Below are positions 25,239 to 37,700 of a DNA stretch of 64,000 nucleotides, in pieces. Source of the stretch: Botryllus schlosseri (Eukaryota). A program made the translations under genes and the position numbers. Where the stretch lies: positions 11,036,001-11,100,000 of the forward strand of contig CM119380.1 in NCBI GenBank assembly GCA_051294905.1, in the 5' to 3' direction. The notes under the pieces were generated by a model. The model was not told where the DNA came from. It ran no database searches and saw only the letters and a list, made by a program, of their open reading frames with translations. Position 1 is the stretch's first letter. Each line of letters starts with the position of its first letter.

Positions 25239-25456
25239 GCATAGTATATTCATATTGAAATGAACTCGAATATTTTCGGCTGACACTCGCCAGTGGTAAT
25301 TGTCAGCAACTAGTAGAGAATTGTAAAGAACATTGTATATCAACATACAATATTATTTACAAAGTTCTTTCCAATTCTCTACTAGTTGCTGATGCTTACC
25401 CCTGACGAGTGTCAGCCGAAAATATTCGGGTTCATTTCAACATGATTATACTATTC
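25239..25456. repeat. Long inverted repeat (about 85-bp arms, 48-bp partly self-complementary spacer)
   Basis: 25255-25323 versus the reverse complement of 25372-25440 shows about 6 mismatches in 69 nt; looser pairing extends another 16 bp on each side. Confidence 0.92.
25398..25431 (+). ncRNA. Minimal type-I hammerhead-ribozyme-like motif
   Basis: ACCC-CUGACGA-GUGUCAGCC-GAA-AAUAUU-C-GGGU: full core, 4-bp stem I, palindromic stem III and a 1-bp stem II. The mirror copy in the left arm reads CUGGCGA. Confidence 0.55.
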
Positions 25457-25779
25457 AATTCTATATTGAAGTTCTGTACCTCCAAGAAGCTCTTTTTGAT
25501 CTTAATAAACTTGATTTTGACAAAATTTCGCCCTCATATATGTAAATTAGGTATTTCCGCACATAATGTGGGAATCGTAGTACTCATCATCATTTCTGAT
25601 TGGAACTCTCTGTCCTTACGAAGTAGTTTATCCTGAAAATTTTTTAGCATGAGACACTGATTCTTTTTGCATGAAAACACTTAAGTTTGACGAAATCTGG
25701 ATCTGGAATTACAGTAGCTACATCACGCATCATGGTAGAAATATTTGAAATGTTTTGTAGTTCAACGACAGATACTTTG

Positions 25780-26226
25780 CTACATTATCGAGTAGAAAGA
25801 GTCTGTACTTGCTTACCAAGCAGCATTTGTTGGCTGGCAACACTGAAGTTGCTCGTTGTTGACCATCAACTAACTAAATGGGTCGTTTGTACAAGTCTCG
25901 AGTAAACAGTTTTGGCAATATCACCAATCCGTTATTAAATTCACATCAGACGCCCGATTAATTTAAGTTAGCGGTTGGTAAAGAACAAACCGGTCTTGAG
26001 TACAATATTTCGGTAGACAATAAGTACCAACCACCCACAACAACAACTTCAACACCACCAAAAACAAAAACACAGACAGAGATTACCGAAACCGCATGTG
26101 TGTTAACTGTATACATTCTGCGTGCCATGAATTCTCCCCTGGGACCTAGCTTGGCCGATATATTCGTGGGATAGCATGAAAATAAAATGTTTGAAAACGT
26201 TGGAAAACCTCTCCTCTATTATACGA
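25780..26226 (+). mobile_element. Decayed Penelope-like element RT fragment
   Basis: 26124-26226 translates as AMNSPLGPSLADIFVG*HENKMFENVGKPLLYY (cf. PLE motif B, AMGSPLGPxLANIFVG...KPxxYxRYVDD). HQLTKW at about 25864 resembles HxLAKW. Confidence 0.65.
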
Positions 26227-26837
26227 ATTGTCTCGTGAATTAGATGAGATTATCGTATAATAAGTTATATAGCCAATGCCTCAATTGAATTATTAAGAAA
26301 AGAGCTACTGGTATCGATCTGAGGCCGATGCTTTCACCCATTTTTGGTTAGAGGATGCAATCCTCCGAGGATATTTCGGACACCTATTTGATGCAAACTG
26401 CAGGATATGACATGAAAAATAAACAGTACATTTATTATTAGTTATAGGTCTAATGGCGCATTCAGCTTATCCAGTGTAACTTGAAACTTCTCTATACGCT
26501 CGATACTTTGGATCAAGATGAAGATCGCAGGGATAGCAGGCTTAATGATGAAGATTCTGAAATCGAAGATGATTCAGAACGTAGAGTAGGCCTAGTCCAT
26601 CAACACAAGGTAAATGATCTTACATCGGCTTCAGGATTTGTAATAGAAGTATTCGGAATTTTTGGCACCAGTGTATTATATCCGCAAAAATTAGATTGGT
26701 CGGATGACTAATACGAATTCAATAACAGGCCGAATTGTATATGGACTGGATAATAGGGACCGTACTGTCATGTCGACATGGTTCCGTATAGCCGCACTAT
26801 CCAAATATTGTCTCTGCCATCATAAGGGTGTTAAAAC

Positions 26838-28030
26838 TAGAGCCCGACCGATATTGGATTTCTGAGCCGATACCGATAAAACCGTTATCCAGTACCTTTA
26901 CCGATAACACCGATATATTCAGCCGATATTCAAAAGATATGGAATCTAGCTCAAGGCCCATATTTAACACCTCAGAGTATTTATTTCAACAACTTTACAG
27001 CTATTACCATGCTTCAACATGAAATAAAAATATATCAATAGCACCAGTTTAGCAGTTGCAGATTACAGTTCACGAAGCACAATTTCTCGGCCCTCTTTCC
27101 AAGGAGTGAACTTCTGTGGTCTTCACAAATGATGTATATAGTACTAAACACAGTGATCAGTCTTTAACTTGGTACCATAGTTGGTGGCACAGCAAGAATT
27201 GGAAATATTTCTTCATTTCGGTTCCACCGCTCCCTTGCAGGGGATCTTTCCTTCAATGGTTACACCAAATATTGATATTCTTCTGGTAGTGCGCATGGAG
27301 CCTTCAGCACATCTTTAACAAATAGCTGAAGAGAATGTGCAGAACAGCTCAAATTTTTCACGATTGCTACTGCTCCACCCATCCCCTTGGGTCTTGACCA
27401 TGACAAGCATTTCAACAATCAATTGATCAATATTTTACGCTCTTTTGTCAGAATTGGTCCATGTCATCATGGAATCAAAAATTTCCTTGTATCAATTGTT
27501 GGCTTTACTCCACATTTGCTTGATTTTCTTGCACTCTATGCTCGCATATTTCCTATCATGGTGGACCCCTAGGCCTCAGTCAGATGACTTCATACATTAC
27601 TGGTAGGCTATATTTCGCTCTGTTGGTACCAAGCCTTGGCTCGTCAGCAGACACCACCAGCACTATCTACAGAAAATGTTTCGACGCGACGCTTTTCTTT
27701 ATGATCACGAGGGTCAGTCCAGCATGGATGAAGTACTCATTTCTCTAATCGATTGAAAGCTTCTGCAGATAACTATCCAGCCAGCTACTCTCTGTCATCA
27801 GTGATCAATCACTGCAGGGTGCAGGGGATTCTCACAAAGTCAGTGGGCATAGCGGTGAAAGTATATTTTTCACGTAGGCACGCCTACTGGCCTGTATGCA
27901 CTATATGCATCTTGGTCTTGGCCATTCATTTTTATAATTTACCGACAAGCATTGAAGAACTCACGTCTTTTCTGAATTCCTGTCACCATGTTGTGACGTC
28001 ACGAAAATGGCCGATATTTTTTACCTCCAT
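26838..28030 (-). mobile_element. Internally deleted, decayed hAT (Ac/ZBED1-like) transposase element
   Basis: Minus strand 27359-27060 reads CSAHSLQLFVKDVL (CxxH motif), then RWNRNEEIFPILA, VPS*RL..FS and RSSLLGKRAEKLCFVNCNL (C-terminal dimerisation domain). The TIR-like end TAGAGCCCGACCGATA carries CCGATA subrepeats. Confidence 0.75.
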
Positions 28031-28277
28031 TGGCCGATACCTAATTTACCCGAATGATTCTAACTATATTAGAAATTAGTAGAGAAAGTCTTTTCGCGCT
28101 TGCGCTCGCAGAATGATCGACGAAAATGAAACCTATAGGCACAAAATGCATTTTAGCGGAATCCTTCGATATAGGTATGTCCTGATGCCGAATACTCATG
28201 TCTTTGCAAAGTGAGCCAAGCGGGCGGTATACAGTAGACCCGCAATATATCCAGGTAATAATATTATTGACCTTGTT

Positions 28278-29407
28278 CAGGGGTTCTCAACCTATCTTTG
28301 GCCGTGGCCCATTTTCCGGTTTGAAAAATGTTCTGTGGCCCAGTAGAGTCATAGTCCTGTTCAATGCGTGGTAATCGACGGCGCCGATATGCCTATTTCT
28401 CCGAAACATGCGCACTTTTCGGTTACTAGTCATTTTCAAATCTAAACCTCTTAGTAAATCACGCGAAGGGCGACGAAAATTTTCAAGTTGAATAAATCTC
28501 ATCACACAAATAAACCATCCAACGAAATAAATGTTGGTCCCTTCGCGCTCCCCTATTTGGGGGTTATTGTTAGGCAGTTACGGTCCCGGCAGATCTTATA
28601 ACTCTTGTGTACATTATGGCCACTGTGCATTCACTGTGTTTTTGGAGTTTTATTCCACTATGTTGGGAGTTGCGGCTGGGCCAGCTTCAAACAATTCTTT
28701 TGTGAATGGGATACTGCAGAGCAGTGTAGAAAGATTTTTTTAATTTCTATGCTGTACATAGTTTACAATATACACAGTATGTCATGTACCTACTGAAGTT
28801 CCTATATCGGAACATTCAATCCAATGATAAAATCAATTCATGTGACTCTTACATTATGTGCATTGATTTCAAAGCCGGAGATTTTAAACCTCCAAATATT
28901 AATGTACTGCGCTAAATCCCCAATCGATTACGAGTCGTTACGGCGGTGCCAATTACTTCGGTAGAACGTTGATAGTTGATAATAAATTGCTATTTACACT
29001 TCAGTCCGAGTTTAATGCACACCCTTTTCAACGGCATACGACATATGACCGAAGACCGTGCTTGGATACTTGGTGACTTCAACACTAACTTCCAGTTATT
29101 ATACACTCGAAATTATTTTCGTTGCTGTTAGCCGTAGGTTGTCATAGCTGGGGGAAAACCGCCATTTTCCCTCCCATTTTCGACTTGTACACTATGACTC
29201 CATACCTGTCACTACGTCCCATCAGAGTCGGATGAAAAACTTTATGTAGCTTACGTAGAATTTGATAATATGAATATATTTTTGAACGAATAACTTTAGA
29301 AATATCAATTGTCTCTAATTTTACAATATTCCAAATAGCTCTGTGGCGCACCTAAAATGCTCCTGTTGCCCACCAGTGCGCCATGGCATACCGTTTGAGA
29401 ACCCCTG
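28278..29407. mobile_element. Non-autonomous hAT element
   Basis: TIRs CAGGGGTTCTCAAC / GTTTGAGAACCCCTG; TSD ACCTTGTT / ACCTAGTT. Confidence 0.85.
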
Positions 29408-29600
29408 ACCTAGTTCATTCAGAACCTTTGACAAATTTCGTGCTTGGCGCGGCTATTGGCCCGCGCAATCGTTCGTCAATTGCATGTGACCCTTCAGCCG
29501 AAAATGTTAACCCCTTGGCTATATTGCAATGGATGTTGTATAGAAAGCTATATCTTCAAGCTTTGTACCACGTGTAACCGCGTCCTCTTTATCATTTCAG

Positions 29601-30810
29601 ATACGGAAGTGGTTTCATTGGCCGTAGGACTAATGAAAAATCAGGATCCTGAAGGAGTTTCGCGAACAGCAGGTTTGCTCGCGATTCTGTTTTGGCGCGC
29701 TCAATTCATCTCTCTATTTAATTACAGCCCGAGTCGAGTCCGATACGTACGCAACAGAAGCCTTGCGTCGATACCAAGACAAAGGACGGGCGAAAAGGTG
29801 AATGGCTTTAATTCTGTGATTGAGCTTGAAATAAATCCCTTGAAATCCATACACAGATATTTCGGGACGGGAGGGGATGACGCAGGACAGATGAATGGTC
29901 CAGGTGGCATTTCCTCAACTGCTGATGACGACATCGTGGTTGCAGATTCCTTCAACCATCGGATTCAGGTTCGTCGTTCGTTTTAACAACTATTCCTCGG
30001 CTGCAACATTCGTGCTTCAAGATCTTCGACGTGAACGGACAAGTGAAGGGAGAAGCAGAAGGCCAATTTCGCCACGTGGCGGACGTGTGCGTGACGTCAC
30101 GGGGACGGATTGTCGCATCGGACATGGGAAATCACCGAATCCAAATATTCAACGAACAAGGAAAGCTCGTTCGGGAGTTCGGTGGCGAAGGATCAGGTGA
30201 CGTGTGAGTGACGTAACAGTTTTCGGTGATACTCACGTCGTGTTTTGTTCAGGAGATGGTAAACTGAAATTTCCTGTAGGGGTTGCGACGGACGACAAGG
30301 GACAGATTTACGTTTGTGACTGCTTCAATCGCCGAGTTCAAGTTTTCTCGGAGGAGGGAAAGTTCGATCGGATGTTCGGTTCGGATCGCTTGAATCGACC
30401 GCATTATCTTTCCGTGACTGCAAACGGCAGAGTGGGAGACTCGTTAGTTTCATTTGAACTCTCGTCACCCTTAACCCTTTTCTCAGATCGTCGTCAGTGA
30501 CTACAGTCACACCGTTGAAGTTTTCGACTCGCACGGCCGCCACCTTTTCCAGATTGGAACGATAGGAACGAACGAGTCTCAGTTCAATAGTCCACGCGGA
30601 ATCGCCACAGATGATCACGGCAACATTATCGTTTGCGACGCCGGCAACAACCGGGTTCAGGTTTTCACGAGATGCGGAAAGTTCGTGTCTTGCTTTGGTA
30701 GCAAGGGTTCTGGGCCGGGACAGATGGATTGTCCGACAGGAGTTTGCCTTTTGTCAGACGGAGGAATCACGGTCAGTGATCGGCGCAACAACAGAGTACA
30801 AATCTTCTGA
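29601..30810 (+). CDS. NHL-repeat six-bladed beta-propeller protein (TRIM2/3/71-type NHL repeats)
   Basis: Exons 29601-29672, 29728-29797, 29857-29968, 30022-30196, 30253-30431 and 30487-30810 splice in frame through GT-AG introns of 55, 59, 53, 56 and 55 nt. They encode six repeats such as FNSPRGIATDDHGNIIVCDAGNNRVQVF and end DRRNNRVQIF*. Starting at ATG 29633 gives 299 aa; an upstream coding exon is not excluded. Confidence 0.93.
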
Positions 30811-31306
30811 TAAACGAGATTCGAACTGGAGGTTGGGCAGCTATTATGCAAGAACGCATCTGGTTCCTGCATTCCTCAATGGCTGAAACGGCCGCATTGC
30901 GTCCAGACGATATTTGTCGAGAGCACGAGACGCGTGTTACGGTCTAGTAATGAGTGTTAACCGAAATCGGGGAACGTCCAACTTTAAGTCTGCCAATAAT
31001 CCGCGACATCTCACACTCTGTAACATACGGAATAAGGCATGATGATTCTGAATTAAAAAATTCACTTCAATTTCGCCATTTTCCTTGGCCCCGGATTATG
31101 TGTGTATTGACCAGGTTTATTATGAAGAAAGAATATTGATAATATTAAATTATTAATAGTAATACGTGAATCGATCCTCTTATAGCTTTATAAGCCCTGA
31201 TAGAAAGTCGTCCCATTCCTCGCGACAGAATATAGTTCCTTCGATATTACTGCAAGTATTCAGACGAAAGTAAGGAGAGCTTCACTTTGAATCCCCGGGA
31301 AATTAG

Positions 31307-31990
31307 CAGAGGTGATGCGTAACTTTTTCTGAAGTACTCAAGTACACTACTCGCAGTACTTACTCAAGTAAATCTAATTTCCCGCTACTTTTACTTCGAC
31401 TTCGTAAATACGTTGTGATCTACTTACTTTTCGCCATTTTCAGTTTGTCGAGTAGAAGTAGCATATTCCTCCAATAAGAAATTTCGTAGCTGTTTTCACA
31501 GAGTAGGCCTACCAGGATTTAATTTTCATAAAAATAAAGTAAAGTCTAGAATTTTCGTTGCGCTTCGCGCAAACTAGATATGAACTTCCCATATATGTTT
31601 TCATGATAGTATAAATATAATTTAGGTGGCGGGTTGCGTGGTTGTATTCACACCGTATTGTCACCCACATGAAATATTTTATCACAGTAGGTATGGGCCA
31701 TCATAACGTTTGAAACTACTGCTCCGCACTCTAACATCTACCTATCATATCGTAATCTAGCAGCACATGGCGTGTCCTTATCTGGAGAAGTGGGCTCGGA
31801 CCTGTTTTAGCAGACCACCGTTAAAAGCTTTTCGACAAAAAACATGAAATACATATTCCGCTTTTCAGAAGTGGTATTTATATATATCTTTTAAATCGCA
31901 GTATCATTACTTTGAGATCTAATTAGTATCAGTTGTTTTGTCTGGACAACAAACATTATGAAGTCTAAGTATAGAGTATACCTGTAGTGA
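31307..31990 (+). mobile_element. hAT-like element with TACTT/AGTAG subterminal repeats; homologous to 56458-57635
   Basis: Starts CAGAGGTG...; about 31370-31990 is collinear with about 56520-57080. Further fragments at about 40370-40620, 56150-56400 and 57830-57940. Confidence 0.65.
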
Positions 31991-34767
31991 CGACTCGATA
32001 GTTCTCCCATTGTCAACCCGCAGAATGGTCACGGTCAGATGGCTGCAGTCCAAACAGAATCGCGCTGCAGTTGTTTCTACAGCGCTCAAAACGGCTCGTC
32101 ATGCTTTTGTCTGAGTTGCTTTCGATTTTGTTGAACAGTTCAACATTAACGCAGCGCGTAGTTATGACAAATGAATCATATACGACGCAGCTACTCTTGA
32201 ATTTTCTCGAGATTGATTTCGCTGAAAAGTTCCACTTGTGTTAACAAGGCACAATGAGGATTCACTAGTATCACCCTCGGAAGTCTGAGAGGGTAGCCTA
32301 CTAAAATTTGGATGTTTTGCACACCGAGGCTCATCATACGGTGCACGCACTGATCTTATTGCACACATAGGCCTACTTACCTTATTGTGCACGTAGCTAA
32401 TAAGCTATCACTGTTATTGCCCATGTAGAAACAGTTGATATGGCAACATCTTCTGGACAAAATATTGTTAAGTTTCTTCATCTTCTTTTTGTTTAATAAT
32501 TTTCGGTTGGATTGTGCGGATGAAATATCTCATGGCCGGCCATGAAAAGCGGTTTCTCACGAAATTCGCTGAGGCCGACCATACGCGTTGATCATGGCCA
32601 GCCACCGGCCCATGTACCGTTCTTGATTTTCACACATCTAATTGGATCAAAATTCGGCATTTTCATCCACAGAATACTCGAAGAGATCTTCTCTATTTGC
32701 ACTACGATTAGAGGCTAGGTTTGTAGACTTGCTCCATTAATATCGCACGTTTCCAAATCAGAGTATCATCAAAGTAGTTCAAGGCTGGGTTTAAAATTAC
32801 AAAATCTTTACACATGTTTACCTTTATTCTGTGTTCGTTGTAGAAATTAAATTAATTCATACCTGACTATTGAAAAATTAATAAGCGACAGCTGTAAACT
32901 AATACTGAAAAATGAGTTCCTTAAACCAAAGTCTAGATAGCGTAATGGTACAGCGTCTAGCTTATTACTCGGTCAGATCAGCGACTTGATAGGCGCTCAA
33001 CACACTGACATTGGAATGCTGGTATAGACTCGATAACCGCCGGTCAGACATTTTAGTGGTGCGAGCGGTAACACTGTTTCCTTATCCCACCTTCCTGTTA
33101 TACAGGAAAACCTCATATTTTTGGTTCAGAAAGATCATTCGTATCCGTGATATATTCGTATCCGCGATGTCGAGGTTTATCATCATTACCCGCGTCATTT
33201 CTTCTTAAACGCTTTGCGACACCACAGAGTCGTACGAATGCGGTGGCTTTCTGAATAAAACGGCTTCAATGGCTCAACTTCAAGTTGAAAGCACATCATG
33301 TTTAGAGCGCAGTTCCCCTTCTTCGCTGATAATGTTATTAACTGATCTCGTGCAATAAAACGATATGTAAATGCTGTGAATTGATTCTATCAATTAATCA
33401 ATGGGCTTGAATAGATACACGCACGCCTGCTGTCACGCACTGTTGTCCAAGGGACCGCGCAGTGAGTTTGTGTGCTTGCGTAGACTCGCAAAAAATTACA
33501 GGGAACATTGACCCGCACCTACTTAATTCCCCCTACATATCAGTCGAACCTGAAGATTGTTATGCATCTGAAAAACGCGACCGGAGTGCGACCTCTGTAG
33601 CAAATAAGCATAGCAGGCAAAGACCGATGCCCGATTCTGGTAAAAATCCAACTGACGACGTGATGGAGTGTAAGCTGATTCAACCGACAACGACACCACT
33701 GATGGTATTGTCATCGAGTGATGAGGATAGTAGCAGTTGCTCAGACATGTTTGATGATGTCCTGTAATTATCATGAGTCTGACGTGTACAGTCTTAACAG
33801 AGACCAATGACACACAGCTACAAATTATCAGCTGGTCTGAATCTGGTCTGTCTAAATTAGTATGTTTAGGGTGACATTTAAACGAAATAGTTGCTTAAAA
33901 CATGTTTTAAACAGTGTTTTAAACAAAGGCTTTCTAAAAATGTGTTTTTTAAGTTGAAAATTATGCCATAATTGTGTAAATACGTTCCATAAAACATGAT
34001 GAAAGAGCCTACGGACAATTACCAGCCGATTTATTCGACGTATATCGATATGGGATGGTTGTACCCCTCAAATAGTCGGTTCGACAGTTATAGTACAGAT
34101 ATTTCGTCAAAGGAGCTACATATACCCTGTATTTCCAATTGTCAATGTCAATCCACTATGATGTCACAAATGAATATTCGTGACGTGATGGCTTGAAAAA
34201 TATGTTTGTTTTAAATTGATTTTTGTTATGAATGCAATCCTAGGTATGTATAAATTAATGGCTTTCCTCCATCCCGAATAAAATTAACTAAAACTTACTC
34301 GTTTCACTGAGGTACGGATCGAAAAAAAACTCATGATGTCCATATACTGTCATCGTGACTATAGTCCCTTAGATCAGTGGTTCTCAACCGGGAGGTCCGC
34401 GAGGCATTTTCAAGGGGTCCGCAAAACATCCAAATTTGCAAAATGGTTGATAACCTAATTAGTATGTTTTTTTTAATTAGAGAAATAATGAAGCAGTTTC
34501 GCTTCATATCTGCTAAAACTCCAGGTCTCACGTAAACAGAATGGCTGTGTGATATGAAAGGGGCTATTCTACTGTGCAAAGTTATTCTAATCGCCAAATT
34601 GCCAATATTAGCCGTGTGGTATGTCAACGTTCTTGTCGCATGATAGAAGCCTGCTTCGTAGCCAGATTCACTCGGACTCGAATCATAATCCGGATCCGCA
34701 TATCAATGAGCGACACAAATATCCGCATTCAACGCACAATTTATTCTCAGAAAACTCAATGTCGCGA

Positions 34768-37700
34768 TCACTGTCCGTGTACTCCAGGGATGACGGTTAT
34801 AGACAATTGTCGCGTTGTGGGAAGAATCGGATCCGGTCTCGAGTATCGGCCTGACACCGGATCGTATCGGTACTCGACCCGCCCTTTCCTCCTCGGACTG
34901 TCCGTGATCAGGAAGACGAGAACCAGCTCCACGCCGCTCTCTAGCGGAACCTTGTTGAAGAACTCCACGCGCAACTCGTTCGGACCAGAATAACGTCGCT
35001 GGAAACTGGTTCGGGTTCGAGTTCGGTTCAGATCACAAGACACGAGAACTCACCTGAACTCGTCCGCACCCTCCACGATCGAGACCTCGAAACGATGATG
35101 GAACTTGGAGTTCGGACTCCGGAAAGTGAGAGATCCCAGCTCGTGCTCGTAGTCCGCGCGGGTCTTGGCGGGCACGAGCACGTTCCGATAGCTGAGCACG
35201 TTAGGAAGCGTCGAGTTCGAGCCCGGGTTCAGGAGCACGCATACTCTGTTCAGATACGAGTGAGTCAGACGTGAAAGTTGAAAACAATCGACACTCACTG
35301 CGTGTTTCTGTCCGACGTCCTCTGCGTGACGTAATGCTCGGGGCATTCCCTCGGCAGCTCGCACATGAACCCGCCCCAAGTGTTGAAGCAGACTTCGTCG
35401 TCGCCGCACGGGGTGCTCGCGCACTCGTCCACGTCTGACGTTATAACAGCAGCGTAGTCGAGTATGAAGTCAGACGGCCACGTGTTACTCACCAACGCAT
35501 GACCTGGCTCCAATCTTCTCGTATCCTGTCGGACAATCGCATCGATGACTTCCGTCCGAGTTCACGCACGATCCGATTCCGCAGACCGAAGGGATCGAAC
35601 ATTCGTCAACGTCTGGTAAGAGAGAGGGAAACTTCTAACAAGAGTTACAGACGGACTCCGCGCGACTGCTGCTGCTAAACTGGCCGCTGACTTGGACCCT
35701 ACTTCTACCTATGCTTGTGACATTTGAAGAGTGCTCAAGATTTCTACTTCAGTCGCATAACATCTTCGTATTGAAATAGGTCGAAATATTTTCGTATCGG
35801 TCGCTCGCTATTTCAGTTATGCGATATCTGGTCATGGGACTGTTGATGTGCAAAGTTCTTTTCACTTCTTTACTACTGTCCGACGATTATCACTGCAGAG
35901 TTCTGTATCTCCTACGGTCTGTTGAAGTTCTGTTTCTAGTTACTGTTTTGGATTTAAACATAACCAAAATTAATCTTTAACCCGATCATCTCTGTTCAAT
36001 GCAGATACAGCCCAATAATAATTTCCAACAACCATTCCAAAGGTGTGCGAATAAAACGTTACCGTCGATTCGAACCGCGGCTTGGATCTCGAGAACAGCC
36101 GCCACACTCACCTACGCACACTCCTTCCTTTTTCTCGTATCCGCTTTCACACTTGCAGTAGAATCCTCCGCGATAGTTCTTGCAAATTTCGGACTCGCCC
36201 TGACATCTGTTCTCCTCCAAACATTCGTCGATATCTGACACGACATTCGACAGTTTACAACACAAATACACAATTAATTACGTATCGCACCCTTTTTCGA
36301 CTCAAAATCCACAAATAACTTGACTGCGGTCAGAAAACGATGCGTGAAAATCGGGCATTAGTGCATTTGGTCCGGATTTGCTGTTCAAGTTCTGAAGTTA
36401 TTACATATCATGAAATGAATCCAATGCTGGCTGTATCGGTCCAAATGTCGCATTTCTTTCGAGTGTCAAATTTTAGATTCATTCAAATTTAGAATTTTTT
36501 TCGTGTCATCCAAGTGCAAATACGATGATAGTTGAAATTTTTTCAAAAGTCACATGAAATAATAATATATCACAAATTTCATCAACATATCAAAATTCAA
36601 AATACTCGCAAATCCGAAACAAATCCCCTAAAAATCATCAAATCCGGTTATTTTCAATCCGAATCCGTGCTCATGTCTGATGTATAAAAGTTTCGCATTC
36701 GGATATAGTCATGTTATCGTACCCAGGCAAGTGCTGTTATCCGGAGCGAGTTTAAAGCCGGCTCTGCAAGTCAGCCTAGGCCGATGTTGAGTTGGTCTCG
36801 GGTAGAAACGTCTTCCGTGAGATGACGATCGATAATCGGGAACTACGAGTCGTTCTGTCACGCATCTGAAAAAATCGAGACTTATATTAGGCCGAGGTCA
36901 GGATTTATCAGTTAATTCAATTTAGTTTATTATTAAAAATTCTAACTAATCAATAGGCCTACACCACAGCATTGCAATTTGCAATACGATATAAAGCAAA
37001 AAGTAATACCTTGGTAGCTTTCACACATCATTGACCTAGGGGGTTTTGGGTGTGGTATTTGACTTGTGTTATGGGTTATCGCTTTGCCTTTTGACTTTTT
37101 GCGGCAAATTATTGCCGCATTGCGTGATGTTCTTGTTGCGTACCGGCAAAAATATATTTTTGACGTTCTCGCTCAGGAGGTCCGTGAAAATGGAATGTAC
37201 CGAATTTGACAGCTGTGCGGGATCTGACAGCGAAATGCTGTCATCTCATTTTCAAACCTAAAGAACTAAAACATGTATGCATGATCGATTGAATAGCGAA
37301 GAACGAAACGAAACAAGCGGACACCCAGCAGACTTATACTGTTGGATTATACAACTGCACGTTTTTAGTATCTCATGTCCTAATAATTTTACTAAATTAT
37401 GAATGCAACTTTTTATTACTGCTTTTTTACTGCAAGTATTTATGTGCAACTTTCCCACGATTTTAGTGCAACAAAAACTTGCCCTAGTTATTTGGACGAA
37501 ACCAAGCCTAGAACGCTCACATATATACGTACTTGGTAATCGATACTTCCACTTGTGTTTGAATAGAAATTGAGGACGTAACTTCAACTTCTACTTGAGT
37601 ACGATCGATTGAATATGATTCACCTCCAAGCTCCTGAAGTGGCGTCCAATCTGCAAGTGGCTTCGATCGGACAATAGTAAATGTCTGAACCGCCGCAGAA

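Noticed and set aside
29444-29986. 180-aa ORF as a single-exon gene
   Set aside because: It is a read-through of NHL exons and in-frame intron sequence; the spliced model explains it.
34574-34993. Plus-strand ORFs over the fibulin-like exons (also 35999-36318 and 38303-38494)
   Set aside because: Antisense shadows of GC-rich coding exons.
36774-36781. Another GCCTAGGC palindrome, unoccupied
   Set aside because: It lies in a fibulin coding exon, so it says nothing about target preference beyond selection against insertion.
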